From the NCBI GenBank assembly GCA_951406725.2, contig OX597814.1, positions 99,758,001-99,822,000 of the forward strand: a DNA stretch of 64,000 nt, written 5' to 3'. The DNA is from Octopus vulgaris. Its lineage: Eukaryota. Below, one piece after another: positions 14,548 through 27,034 of this stretch; position 1 is the first letter of the stretch, and each line of letters begins with the position of its first letter. The translations under genes and the position numbers were made by a program. A model generated the notes under the pieces. The model was not told where the DNA came from and ran no database searches. It worked only from the letters and a program-made list of their open reading frames with translations.

Positions 14548-14599
14548 CTCTATCTATCAATCTAATTTTATCTTTGTAAGTGACAAAGAGATGCATGGC

Positions 14600-14624
14600 A
14601 TTGACACATATGTGTGTGTGTGTG

Positions 14625-14698
<74 letters not shown>

Positions 14699-14727
14699 CA
14701 CACACACACACACACATATATATATGC

Positions 14728-14783
<56 letters not shown>

Positions 14784-15013
14784 ATGTGTGTGTGTGTGCA
14801 TTGTGTGTGTGTATGTATTTATAAATGTATATGTTTTATATATATGTATATATGTGTGTGTTGTGTGTGTGTATGCATTGTATATGTGTATATGTGAGTA
14901 CATTGTGTGTGTGTGTGTGTGGTATGTAGATATATATGTGTGTGTACGCTATATGTATGTATTTTCTGTGTGTGTGTGTGTGTGCATTATATATATATGT
15001 ATGTGTATATGTG

Positions 15014-15060
<47 letters not shown>

Positions 15061-16620
15061 ATATATGTGCATTATTTGCATGTGCATTGTGTATATGTAT
15101 ATTATATGTATGTGTGTTGTGAGGGCGCGTGGCTTAGTGGTTAGGGCATTCGGCTCATGATCGTAAGGTTGTGAGTTCGATTCCCGGCGACGCGTTGTGT
15201 CCTTGAGCAAGACACTTTATTTCACGTTGCTCCAGTCCACTCAGCTGGCAAAAATGAGTTGTACTTGTATTTCAAAGGGTCAGCCTTGTCACTCTCTGTG
15301 TCACGCTGATTATCCCCGAGAACTACGTTAAGGGTACACGTGTCTGTGGAATGCTCAGCCATTTGCACGTTAATTTCACGAGCAAGCTGTTCTGTTGATC
15401 GTATCAGCTGGGACCCTCGTCGTCGTAACCGGCGGAGTCTTTTTTTTTATGTATGTGTGTTGTATATGTATGTGTACATTATGTGTATATGTGTGTGTAT
15501 GTGTGCATTGTATATATGTATATTGTATGTGTGTTATATATGCATGAATACATGTATATACATTGCATGTATATATATATATGCATTGTGTATGTGTATG
15601 TTATGTGTATATATATGTTATATGTATGCGTATGTGTATATGTATACATTGTATGTATGTATATTGTGTGTATATGTGGTATATTTTTATGTATGTGTAT
15701 GTAAACACTATATATATGTATATATGTATATATGTATATGCATTGTCTATATATATATATATTATATGTATGTATTGTGTATGTATGTTATATGTATATA
15801 TTGTGTATGTGTATTATATATATGCTGTGTATGTGTATTGTATGTATATATGTGCTAGGTGTATTTGTGTTGTATTTATATTATGTATGTATGTGTGCGT
15901 GTGTTGTGTGTGTGTGTGTGTGTGTTGTGTGTGTGTGTTATATGTGTGTATATTATATATAAATATATGTTATATTTGTGTGTTGTGTGTGTATATTATA
16001 TGTGTGTGCGTTGTGTGTGTGTGTGTTCTGTATGTGTGTGTGTTGTGTGTGTGTGTGTTGTGTGTTTGTATTTTATGTGTGTGTGTTGTGTGTGTGTGTG
16101 TGGGGTCAGATATGTGTGTGTGTGTGTGGTGTGTGTGTATATGATGTGTGTGTGTGTGTGTATGTATATGTAGTGTGTATGGCCCGCACACACGCGTAGA
16201 CGCGCACGCGCACGCACGCGCGCGCGCACGGGCGGGCACGCATGTATACACACACCATCCTACCCCCAAAAATTCTTTAAACAACGCACATCTATTTTCG
16301 CCACCCTGGAACCATTCAAAAACAGCACCCCCACACACGCAGACGCTTGTATACGTGTGTGTGCACGCACACAGGGGCACGCACACTCACACCAGTCTCA
16401 CATCCATACAGGCACATATATACACACGCAGCACCATGTCAAATGCCATCCACACTCATGCATGCGTACACACGCACGAACACACGCACACGCACGCGCA
16501 CACACAACACCATGACAACCACACACACTTGACAAACAGAAGCCATCTGACCAGATACTACAGACACACAGACACATCTATTCACACACACGCAGAGAGA
16601 CACACATATTCACCTCATCC
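14600..16620. repeat. Long degenerate (GT/AT) tract switching to CA-rich at about 16185
   Basis: Direct reading; contains the SINE at 15121. Confidence 0.9.
15121..15448 (+). mobile_element. Full-length tRNA-derived SINE, family B, with 15 bp target-site duplication
   Basis: A box TGGCTTAGTGG, B box GAGTTCGATTC, CORE-like GTGTCCTTGAGCAAGACACTT, T-run end. TSD ATGTATGTGTGTTGT at 15106-15120 and 15449-15463. Confidence 0.92.
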
Positions 16621-16934
16621 TAACCCCCAAAATCATTGATGCTTGAAGGAAAGCCAAAAACAGAAAAAAAACGGGTACATCTTTCTCAATTCTACATTTC
16701 TGCTAAAACGGACAGGTCAGTAAATAAGCTCGCCTTGAATTCATAATATTCTGTACTGACCCTGAGATGTATAATATATTTATTTTAATCTTTTCTGCCC
16801 ATTTTTTCAAATATTCTCATCACACTGTTGTACTTCTTTATGTCCTTAACATGTCCCTGTTACCAAAGACTGTATATATACATGTAATGTGGCAATTATG
16901 TAAAAAAACTTTTTTGCATTCATAATATTCTATG

Positions 16935-16979
16935 TTACTTTTGACAATCTTTTTCCAAAGATGGAAACCGGTTAAGTAA
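16935..16979 (+). ncRNA. Decayed hammerhead ribozyme motif, third family
   Basis: TTACTT-TTGACAA-TCTTT ttcc AAAGA-TG-GAAA-CCGG-TT-AAGTAA: 6 bp stem I, stem II and palindromic stem III retained; core mutated. Confidence 0.55.
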
Positions 16980-17295
16980 ATAAACATCTTTTAAATTGCA
17001 TTTTCAAACCTTCTTTCGTATATGCATATATATATAGATATGTATAATAATATGAATAATTTATATATATGCATATATACATATACACTTGTACATACAT
17101 ATATTTATACGCACATGCATATATGGGTACAGGACGTAAAAAATCGTAAACAACATGAAAATAGAAAACATGAAATACGAAAACATGGAAAGCGCACATT
17201 TTTTTCTAACTATAAAAGAAACAAATAGAAAAAGAAGGCAGGTAACATGAAGAACAATCCCTTCATCATACGATAACATGGATTGCATTTCGAGT

Positions 17296-17343
<48 letters not shown>

Positions 17344-17345
<2 letters not shown>

Positions 17346-17751
17346 CTCTTTTACTCTTTTACTTGTTTCAGTCATTTGACTGCGGCCATGCTGGAGCACC
17401 GCCTTTAGTCGAGCAAATCGACCCCGGGACTTATTCTTTGTAAGCCCAATACTTATTCTATCGGTCTCTTTTGCCGAACCGCTAAGTAACGGGGACGTAA
17501 ACACACCAGCATCGGTTGTCAAGCAATGCTAGGGGGACAAACACAGACACACAAACACACACATACATATACTTATATATACATATATACGACAGGCTTC
17601 TTTCAGTTTCCGTCTACCAAATCTACTCACAAGGCTTTGGTCGGCCCGAGGCTATAGTAGAAGACACTTGCGCAAGGTGCCACGCAGTGGGACTGAACCC
17701 GGAACCATGGGGTTGGTAAACAAGCTACTTACCACACACCCACTCCTGCGC

Positions 17752-17752
<1 letters not shown>
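17344..17752 (-). mobile_element. Full-length tRNA-derived SINE, family A
   Basis: Head GCGCAGGAGTGG.TGTGTGGTAAG..GGTTCCGGGTTCAGTCCC, internal TA/CA tract, (AAAAGAGT)n-like tail. Near-identical copies elsewhere in the window. Confidence 0.9.
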
Positions 17753-17828
<76 letters not shown>

Positions 17829-17861
17829 CATATGTCAATGCCATGCCTTTCTTTGTCACTA

Positions 17862-17958
17862 AGATACAGTGAAAATATGAGCATCTCAAAAAAAAACACA
17901 AGACATACTCAAGGCACACAGAGCTGCGCTCGTTAGTGCAGTGGAACCACGTTATAAA
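17862..17958 (+). mobile_element. 3' UTR fragment of the same family as 26538-27020, followed by (GAA)n
   Basis: ATACTCAAGGCACACAGAGCTGCGCTCGTTAGTGCAGTGGAACCACGTTATAA matches the reverse complement of about 26538-26590. Confidence 0.75.
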
Positions 17959-18064
17959 AAGAAGAAGAAGAAGAAGAAGAAGAAGAAGAAGAAGAAGAAG
18001 AAGAAGAAGAAGAAGAAGAAGAAGAAGAAGAAGAAGAAGAAGAAGAAGAAGAAGAAGAAGAAGA
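17959..18064. repeat. (GAA)n microsatellite
   Basis: About 35 perfect units. Confidence 0.97.
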
Positions 18065-18074
18065 ATGCGTAGTT

Positions 18075-18300
18075 GAAATTTATAGAACAAGAAAAGACGT
18101 GGACAGGTGTATGAACAACAAACGAGTGTATTTGCTTGACACTCGGGAAAATGAAAACGCCCGTTACGTTTCGAGCCTATGCTCTTCAGCAGAAATGAAT
18201 AACTGAAAATTAACAGAGAGGGGAAGAAAAACTTGTAGAATTAGTAGTGAAGCATGAAGATTGATTAAAAAACAAAATTTAAAAGAGAGGGAGATAATAA
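18075..18300 (-). mobile_element. Penelope-like terminal fragment with hammerhead motif (18161-18196)
   Basis: Minus strand CTGCTGA-A-GAGC atag GCTC-GAAA-CG-TA. Confidence 0.65.
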
Positions 18301-18714
18301 GGTTCTGGCAATCCCAAATCAAAATGCGCGTGCTCTGTGTGTCAATGTGAAATGGTTTGTGTCAATGTGTAGGTGTGTGTCTGAACAGGGGCTAGTGACT
18401 GACGTGTGTGAGTGTTTGCGTGCGTAAGTGTTTGCATCTGTAACATATGGTATGTGTGGTGACGCTATTGAAAATTGTGTGGATGTGTGGATGATGGTGC
18501 GTGTGTGTGGATGATTGTGTGGGTGGTGGGAAGTGGTCAGTGCTAGTCTGTGTGGAGTGGTGTGGGGCGGAAGGGGGAAGGGTGTAGATGGATGGTTGTG
18601 GAGTGGGGATGTGTGGGGTTGGGTTGGGGTTGTATTAATGAAGAGAGAAGGTAGGTAGGAGTGAAGAGAGGAAGTAGGTGTCAGATGAAGAGAGGAGGGG
18701 AGTTGAACCCATAT

Positions 18715-18782
<68 letters not shown>

Positions 18783-19554
18783 ATACATACATGCATATAT
18801 ATATATATCTATATATATATATCCGCATGGGCGTCTATGTGTGTGCATGTATGTATAAATTAAGGATAAAATCGTCAGCTTTCAAACAGAGCCTTATGCA
18901 TATTTTTATGTGGACTCTCCTCTCGTACAAAACAGATGAGGATTTCGCAGCTTCTAGCTGGATGACCTCTACAAACTATTTGTTTGTAGCGATTAAATGT
19001 TTGTACTGTACATTAGCTTCCATCCTTCTCCATCAAATGGACATTATCATGCAAGGTGTGCACCACGTCAGATATTGAAGTGATTGCAGAGCAATGCGAA
19101 AGGAAGTACTTAGCTCAAGAGCGCACCACTCGTTCCAGGTATTGAAGCCACGGTTTTGCGATCGGGAATGCAATACCCTAACAACTAGTCCACGCGCCTT
19201 TGTCCTGTATATATAGGACTACGCCATCGACTGCGTCAAATTCTTTGTAAAACATTAGGTTGAGGTCAACAACAGAGGATTAATTCCACTTTTGGAGACT
19301 TCCTGCTGCTTGCTGCTCAGTGCATATATACTCCCAAAATCTAAGGTAATATGATTAATACCTGGGGTGATTTATCTCCATAGCATATGTGCAGAAAGTA
19401 ATGGAGTATATATTCTATGTACAAACAGACATAAGGAAATACGATTAAAAAAAGTTGCATTTCTAAAAGCAAAAAGTAAAAAGAAAGATTGGCCTCTAAA
19501 AAAGGAATAATATTTGATCGGTATACTTACATGCCAATATTTAGATTACCAAAG

Positions 19555-20130
19555 AAGCGCCGGGAGAAATGCTTTGCGGTAATTCGTCTGCCGTTACGTT
19601 CTGACTTCAAATTCCGCCGATATCGACTTTGCCTTTCATCCTTTCGGGGTCGAAAAAATTTAGTACCAGTTACGCACTGGGGTCGATGTAATCGACTTTG
19701 TCCTTGTTTGTTCCCTCTCTGTTTATCCCCCTGTGGGTAGTAAAGAAATAGGTATTTCGTCTGTCGTTACGTCCTGAGTTCAAATTCCGCCGAGGTCGAC
19801 TTTACCTTTCATCCTTTCGGGGTCGATAAATTAAGTACCAGTTGAGCACTGGGGTCGTTCTAATCGGTTTAATCCGTTTGTCTGTCCTTGTTTGTTCCTT
19901 CTATGTTTAGCCCCTTGTGGGCAATAAAGAAATAAGAATCGTTACCGCGCAGGGGAAATAAATGTTTAGCGGCATTCTTTCCGACTTTACTGTCTGAGTT
20001 CATACGCCACCGGAATCGATTTTGCCTTTCATCATTTCGGAGTCCATAAAGTAAGAACCTGTTGAACTCTGGTGTCGATGTTATTCCCAGTACCTAAATT
20101 GCATGTCTTGTGCCAAAATTTGAAATCAAT
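19555..20130 (+). mobile_element. Three tandem units of SINE family C
   Basis: Repeated GAGTTCAAATTCCGCCGAGGTCGACTTTGCCTTTCATCCTTTCGGGGTCGATAAA-type core at about 19600, 19775 and 19995. Confidence 0.85.
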
Positions 20131-20138
20131 ATTTAGGT

Positions 20139-20327
20139 CAGTGCTCCGCAACCGGCATGCCGCAGCACATTACTGTGTCACAAGACGATACTAGGTGTGC
20201 AGCAGTGTATACTGGATGTAATTTCCACCATCCCTATATTTGTTGTTATATTTTTAGTTCAGGTGTGCTGCCGTATTTTGAAAGGAATTTAAGTGTACCA
20301 CAATGAAAAAAAGCTTGCGGAGAAATG
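20139..20327. mobile_element. hAT-type MITE
   Basis: Imperfect TIR CAGTGCTCCGCAA / TTGCGGAGAAATG. 8 bp target duplication ATTTAGGT (20131-20138) / ATTTAGAT (20328-20335). Confidence 0.75.
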
Positions 20328-21899
20328 ATTTAGATTACAAACGAACGGCTTTGAGCTGGCAGAATCGGTAGCACGCCAGACAAAATACTTAATGGCATTT
20401 CGTTTGTCTTTGCATTCTGAGCTCAAATTCCGCCGAGGTCAACTTTGCCCTTCATATTTTCAGGGACGATAAAAGCTGAGTGCTTGGGTAGGTGTAATCA
20501 ATTTACTTCCACCCCCGAAATTGCTAGCCTTGAGCCAAAATTTGAAACTAATATTTAGATCATCATTTAACCTAACCCGCATCAATAGTGTCACTGTTTG
20601 AAAACATTTAAATATGAGAGATACGATAGTAAATTTCGAATATGTTAAACGCATCATTTACATAAGCATACACCATTACACGTGATGATCATACGCTGTT
20701 ATTCTCAAGACAGTAACGCCCATTCCATTTCGACAAAAGTTTACGAAAGCTATTCACAATTCTTCATCATATTCAGTATGTTATATTTTGTTTTCTCCAG
20801 AGATAATAACTCTTCCATTCAAGAAGTGAGGCGGGTTAAGTATTCATGTATAAATGTTTTTTTGTTAGACTAACTTCTAACATACATCTTTTGAAATATC
20901 CTTATACCTCATAGGAAAATACCGGTAATGTATGTTAATTTTGGCACGAATATGTTTCTATGTGTTGTTGTTTTGTATACAACCGCATTTATGGATTAAT
21001 GGGTGTATCTTTCTCTTGCCTTCAAGCAGATATGTTTTATTTTATGTATATGAATGTAGCTTTATGGCACAAGTATATATCTTTGTTACTTTACTGTCAG
21101 CTTACCTGTATGGTTATGCATGAATAATTATCAGTATTATGTATGTATACACACTCACATACACACACGTACGCACGCACATACATACATATAATATATA
21201 TGTGTATAAATCTATATATATACACACACACATATATTCATGCATATATACATATACATATATGCATATATATATGTGCATGTATATATGTATATGTATG
21301 TATATATTTATATACAGATATATACATATGCGCATATTATATAAGCATACATATATAAATATGTTTTTTTTGTTCTAGTGCAGCTGTTCGCTTGTATTTG
21401 AACTTCTCTCGCCTCACTTCCATATATTACACAAGAAAGAAATAATGCAACGTACTTTGATAAACGTTAGCACACTAATTTTCAATTACATTGAGAAATA
21501 GATTTGTTCGAGTGAGTACTCTTATATAAGAAGACCACAGGGAAAATAACTATAAAAATCATGAAATAGAGAGAGAAAGAGCGGGAAAGAGAGAGTCATA
21601 ATGAGAGGGAGAGAGAAAGAGGGAGAGAAAGAGAAAGAGAGAGAGAGATTGAAAGACAGAGAGAGGGGGGAGAAAGCGAGAGTCAGAGGGAGTGACTACA
21701 TGAGAGAAAAACGAACAGTTGTTAAACAATTCTTCAGAGCTGACGTCTAATAAGTTCTAAGAACTTTCGGTGTTGTTACCGTGTTAGACTGTAACTTTAT
21801 ATCATTTTATTTTTTAATGAATCTCAATGAATCTTAACTGAAAACCAAGATTTGTATCATGTATTCATATGCGACTCGACTCTTTTGTAATTTGGTGCC

Positions 21900-23200
21900 T
21901 GCTGTTTGCATTCTACCGTTTCTTCCAGGTCTAGTTACATAGACCTTCAAGTACTATGATACCTTTCACTCGATCATCTTGTTAATTGTCTATTAATTTA
22001 CTCTTCTCTGAGTACAGTTCGTCATATTTTTATTCAATACTTCCACTTCTTGATAGAATCCTGTTACTCAAGTCAATCAGATTTAGATTAAAGCTTCCGA
22101 AAGGAATTCTAGAGCTTTGTATTTGCTTTGCATCATTAACTGGACTATAATTTCTGCTATTGTTCCCTTGCGTTGTTTTCGACGATCCATGTTAGTAGTT
22201 TGTTCAGACTCGTGCATGAGATTAATGGGGTTCATGTTCTTCTATTGCAATAAAAATTTAATTCTAATGAAATATTTCCTAGGTCTGTTGTATTAATACG
22301 TCAATATACTTGTAAATACGGCCTGCAATTCTTAAGGATTTTTCAATCAGTATCGCCCGTGTTACCGATGTTTCAGGTATATACATACGATCATAGCGGA
22401 AGTTACGTTATAGTCGTCTGCATTTTGAGGAAGACTAATCTTTTCAGCCGTAAGTCCTGGACATTGTAGATGAATAGCTTAACCGATGGACTTAATTACT
22501 GCTGGTAGTTGAAAAATTTTTGTTAACATATCGTAAATTTTCATTGGGATTATGGTATTGATGAAATAAACCCGTATTAAGTTCCAATGTTACATCTAGA
22601 AATTTAGCTACCTTATATTTCCCTTTGCTATAGACTGTCCTATAACTTATAAGACATTTCTTTTGAAGAAGTTTTTTTCCCCTACACCTTTGGAGTTCGA
22701 TATTACTGTAGTAATAGAAGATATGTATGACGACCTCCTTGTATAGACCACCTGTTCTTTCACGGAACTCTTTTTTAATATTCTATAATATGTATGTTCC
22801 TGTGAAGTCAGTGACCTACTCCAACCGACTGTTACCATTAAAACTGTTGTCCTTTCTAGTCCCGTCTCTGGTTTTGAAGTTGTTAATATACTATGTACTA
22901 CTTGTCTAGATATTTTGGAATTTTTCATTGTAAAAATTAGAGATTTAAGAGAAAAATAAGGATAATAGAGAAGTAGTGGTCGGAAATCTCTGATCGTTTA
23001 AATAAGCATATTTCTTTTTGTTGTTCTAAGTCCTTGAACTGATTTATAACTTCTACAGCATTAGTCCATATATTAAATTCAACTTCAGTTTTCAGTACAG
23101 GTATAATTTTGTCTATTCTTCTTTTACTGGTTTTTCCCCCTATATCTGATTTTGAGGGTCAGCTAAGCCTAAATTATGAATTTCTCGCAAGAGTAGGCTT
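21900..23200 (-). pseudogene. Highly decayed CR1/L2-like RT remnant
   Basis: Weak translated matches: EQVVY..SS...VISNSKGVG resembles RQRVV..S...VxSGVPQG; LP..I..VKLF and ADD near 22410-22510. Confidence 0.4.
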
Positions 23201-23450
23201 TTAGTCATTCATTTTTGAGAAGGGTGATCTATGCAAGTAGGTGTCCAACAATAATACGTTCCCCCAAATTCATGCTATTTAAGTTTGAAATCGAATATAA
23301 CTTGAAATCATTTTGAAGTTTCTTTCTAATTGTTTCTCTCTAAGTGTTTTTGGAAGAGTCAATGTTAAAGTTAAACAGATTTCCAGTTCCAACCTAGTAT
23401 AGTAGAATCCTGCATGGTTTGCTAGAGTTTTACACATACGCACTTATATC

Positions 23451-23528
<78 letters not shown>

Positions 23529-24129
23529 ACACTGGCTGTAGATATACCTTTTCTACTTGTTACTTACCTATGTTTTCTATTGGCAATATGATAAATTCAA
23601 AGCTGTTCTAATCTGCTTATTTGTGTTTATAAGCATTATATATGCCCTACCTTTCCCGATATATCCCTCTATTCTTCTTTTTTCTTCTTTTTTGAGGATT
23701 TGTATATTGAAATAAGTTAAAATGCACGACATCTGATTTTCAAAGAGTACATGTTGTTGGATAGCAGATGGTTAGGGTTACAGGCACTAAAATTGCTTGC
23801 TTTTTAATGTCTCTAAAATCATACTGGTATTTGAAAACCAAGGTAAAAACCAGATCCCATCTAGCAAGTATACCTCTGTACAGAGGGCAAATTTCGCTAA
23901 GAGGGACCGGAGAATAATGGAACGTATTGTGTCTAAAAACCATTGAAATACTCCAGCAAATTAACAGCTGAGTGAAATCGCTATCTCGCTAATCATGTGT
24001 CAACCATAACTCCTTAATGCAGAATGCCATGGAAGGGCTGCAATCGCTAAATACCTCTTTTTCCCTCCATCAACATTGAAAAGCAAAAAGAATAGCGTCT
24101 TGAGAAAGAAGCTGTTAGTGGCTCACTGA

Positions 24130-24700
24130 AGCGAAGTCATCTATATATGATGCACCGTTTTTCACCCTTTTTTCCTCTTTCGAAGCGAGTTTATGTCTGG
24201 TGACTACCCAACAAAGCCTTTCATCCCTGACAGTGAAGACTGAAAGTAGTCCTGTGATGATCTCAGCAGCCATATCACGGAATTCAGTTTGACCCGCTAG
24301 TCGTTTTACATGGCGGAGTTAACGCCGAGGATGATCTGAATATTTTAGCTGATCATACCCTTTCTATTGTACAAACATTGTTCCTTGATGGTAGCGCAAG
24401 CTTCCAGTATGACAATGCGCCAATTCACACGCTACGAAGGGCACAAAAACTGAAGCAGACCACGCAGATTGATGGAGACTACAATGACCGAATGCTAAAA
24501 TAATCGAGCATTTCTGGAGCATATTAGAGCAGTAATTGCAGAGCTGCTTCCCTTCGCCATTTTCGCCACTGAAAGAACTAAAGCAAAATTTATAAGCAGA
24601 ATGACTCAAAAGTCCACTGTGATCGATGCCAAAGTCAAAACAAATCTGATAATAAAACTTTTATTTTACAGAGAGTTTCCATTAGCTTCGTCTAATCCAT
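24130..24700 (+). pseudogene. Decayed Tc1-like DDE transposase fragment
   Basis: VMISAAIS, FQYDNAPIHT, IIEHFWSILE across frameshifts. Confidence 0.7.
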
Positions 24701-24746
24701 GTAAATGTCAATGTGTTGGTTGTGTGCGTACTTGTGGGTGTATGTA

Positions 24747-25304
24747 TTGGGTTGTCCGGAAAGTTCGTGCTGATTTTTAAAGGAAAAAAAGGTCAATAAA
24801 TACTTGCCATTACATTTTTAATCAACCAAATATGAAACATTTTGTTGCACAATGTGTCTCCATCTTTCCTTTAACTTGAAAATACCTTCTTCACAGAATT
24901 GAGGGGGTTTCATGGCAAAGAATTCATCAAGGTATCTTTTTACGTCATCCATGGAATTGAAATTTTTACCATTAAGACTATTCAGCAGAGACCTGAAGAA
25001 GTGGAAATCCGAAGGAGCAATATCTGGTGAATATGGAAGGTGAGATAACACACCCCAGCCAAGCAAATTTTGTCTGGTTCCCAAAGCATCAAATGCCAAA
25101 AATGAACTTTCTTATCTTCCATTTTAAAAGGTTGCAGAAATAACACAGGTTATAGGAACATAAACCTTCTTCCAAGAAAAGATAGTTTAAACTGTGCTCT
25201 AAATGGAGGTGCAGTCAAATCCTATTTTATAGACTCAACCATGTTCTAAAATAAGTCGAAAGGTAAGCTACTATAAATCGGCATGAACTTTCCGGACAAC
25301 CCAA
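24747..25304 (-). mobile_element. Internally deleted mariner element with TIRs and TA target duplication
   Basis: TIR TTGGGTTGTCCGGAAAGTTC / GAACTTTCCGGACAACCCAA flanked by TA on both sides. Transposase C-terminus HLPYSPDIAPSDFHFF at 24818-25099. Confidence 0.93.
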
Positions 25305-25640
25305 TATATATCAGTGGGAGTATGATATGTAGAGTTGTTATAAAACCTGAAAGTCTATATGCCATAACAAGAAGCTGTTTGATTAATGATGTGAGCAGTT
25401 ATTGAGGAAAAAAGTTATTAACATATCTTTCTGTTGTGTTTAATGATTTTACACTTACTGGAACAAATTTTACAACAACAACAACAACAACATTAACATC
25501 AACAACAACAACAACAGTCACGTCGTTGTCGACATCAAAACAATATTAAATACTAAAAGAACAACATTAATGATAACATCAATGAAAATTTTGAGAACCT
25601 GAATAATATACTTTATATCTAGACTAGAAAAATAAAAATA

Positions 25641-26037
25641 ACTCTCTCTTTTACTCTTTTACATGTTTCAGTCATTTGACTGCGGCCATGCTGGAGCACC
25701 GCCTTTAGTTGAGCAAATCGACCCCGGGACTTATTCTTTGTAAGCCCAGTACTTATTCTATCGGTCACTTTTGCCGAACCGCTAAGTGACGGGGACGTAA
25801 ATACACCAGCATCGGTTGTCAAGCAATGCTAGGGGGGCAAACACATACATATATATATATATATACATATATACGACAGGCTTCTTTCAGTTTCCGTCTA
25901 CCAAATCCACTCACAAGGCATTGGTCGGCCCGAGGCTATAGCAGAATACACTTGCCCAAGGTGTCACGCAGTGGGACTGAACCCGGAACCATGTGGTTGG
26001 TTAGCAAGCTACTTACCACACAGCCACTCCTGCGCCT
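25641..26037 (-). mobile_element. Full-length SINE family A
   Basis: Highly similar to 17344-17752 over its whole length. Confidence 0.9.
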
Positions 26038-26039
26038 AT

Positions 26040-26293
26040 TTCCTCGCACCATGCCAGGCTCATAAGGGTCAGTTTCCCGGTTTCAGTGGTGTATATATTC
26101 CCCACCTGGATGGGACGCCGATCCGTCGAAGGATTGCTCATTTATGCCAGCTGAGTGGACTGGAGTAATGCACGTGGACGTGAAATGCAGTGTTTTGCTC
26201 AAGATCACAACGCATTGCCTGGTCTAGGAAGAGAAAAAAAAACAATCTTACGACCACGATTCCAACACCCTAACCATTAAGTCACGCGCCTCC
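26040..26293 (-). mobile_element. SINE family B variant, adjacent to a family A copy
   Basis: Head and middle as 15121; tail as 10350-10450. Confidence 0.8.
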
Positions 26294-26348
26294 ACTCTGG
26301 AATAGAGCCAATAATAATTTATATTGAAATAAAAATTGCAACAACGAC

Positions 26349-26507
26349 CTTGTTCTTCTTGTTCTTGTTCTTGTTCTTGTTCTTCTTCTTGTTCTTGTTC
26401 TTGTTCTTCTTCTTGTTCTTCTTGTTCTTCTTGTTCTTCTTGTTCTTGTTCTTCTTCTTCTTCTTCTTCTTGTTCTTCTTCTTCTTCTTCTTCTTCTTCT
26501 TCTTCTT

Positions 26508-26537
<30 letters not shown>
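26349..26537. repeat. (TTC/TTG)n compound microsatellite
   Basis: Direct reading. Confidence 0.95.
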
Positions 26538-26538
<1 letters not shown>

Positions 26539-27020
26539 TCACGTGCTTCCACTGCATTACCGAGTGCCGCTCTGTATGCCTTGAGTATATCCTGTGGTTT
26601 GTTGAGATGCTCTTATTTTCATTGTATTGAAAGTGTTTTACGTAGGATGTGTGCAGTTGCGCTATTTTCGGTATATTATATATACTTGTAAGTCCTGGGG
26701 ATTTTGTTATGTTTTTTTCTAAATGTTTTTTTTCTTTTTTCATACCTAATGAACCTACTATAATGAGAATTGTTTCTTTTTCTAAGTTCCACATTCGAGT
26801 TACCTCTATTTCCAGATGTTTGTATTTTGAAAGTTTCTCCGTTTCTTTTAGAGAAACATTCTCATCTGTTGGTATTGATACATCAATTAGAAAGCATTTT
26901 TTCTTCATGATTTGTGACAACTATATCCGGCACATCGGCCTTAATTTCTCTGTGTGTGTATTGGAACATCCCAGAATATAGTTGCTTTCTCATTTTCTGT
27001 GACATTTTCTGGTGTGTGTC
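26538..27020 (-). mobile_element. R4/Dong-like REL fragment followed by (GAA/CAA)n
   Basis: KCFLIDVSIPTDENVSLKETEKLSKYKHLEIEVTRMW...IIVGSLG. The 3' UTR is followed by the repeat at 26349-26537. Confidence 0.85.
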
Positions 27021-27034
27021 TGTACCATCATTTT

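Noticed and set aside
15121-15195. tRNA gene candidates at SINE heads
   Set aside because: A and B boxes are present but there is no closed acceptor stem, and the sequence continues into SINE bodies.
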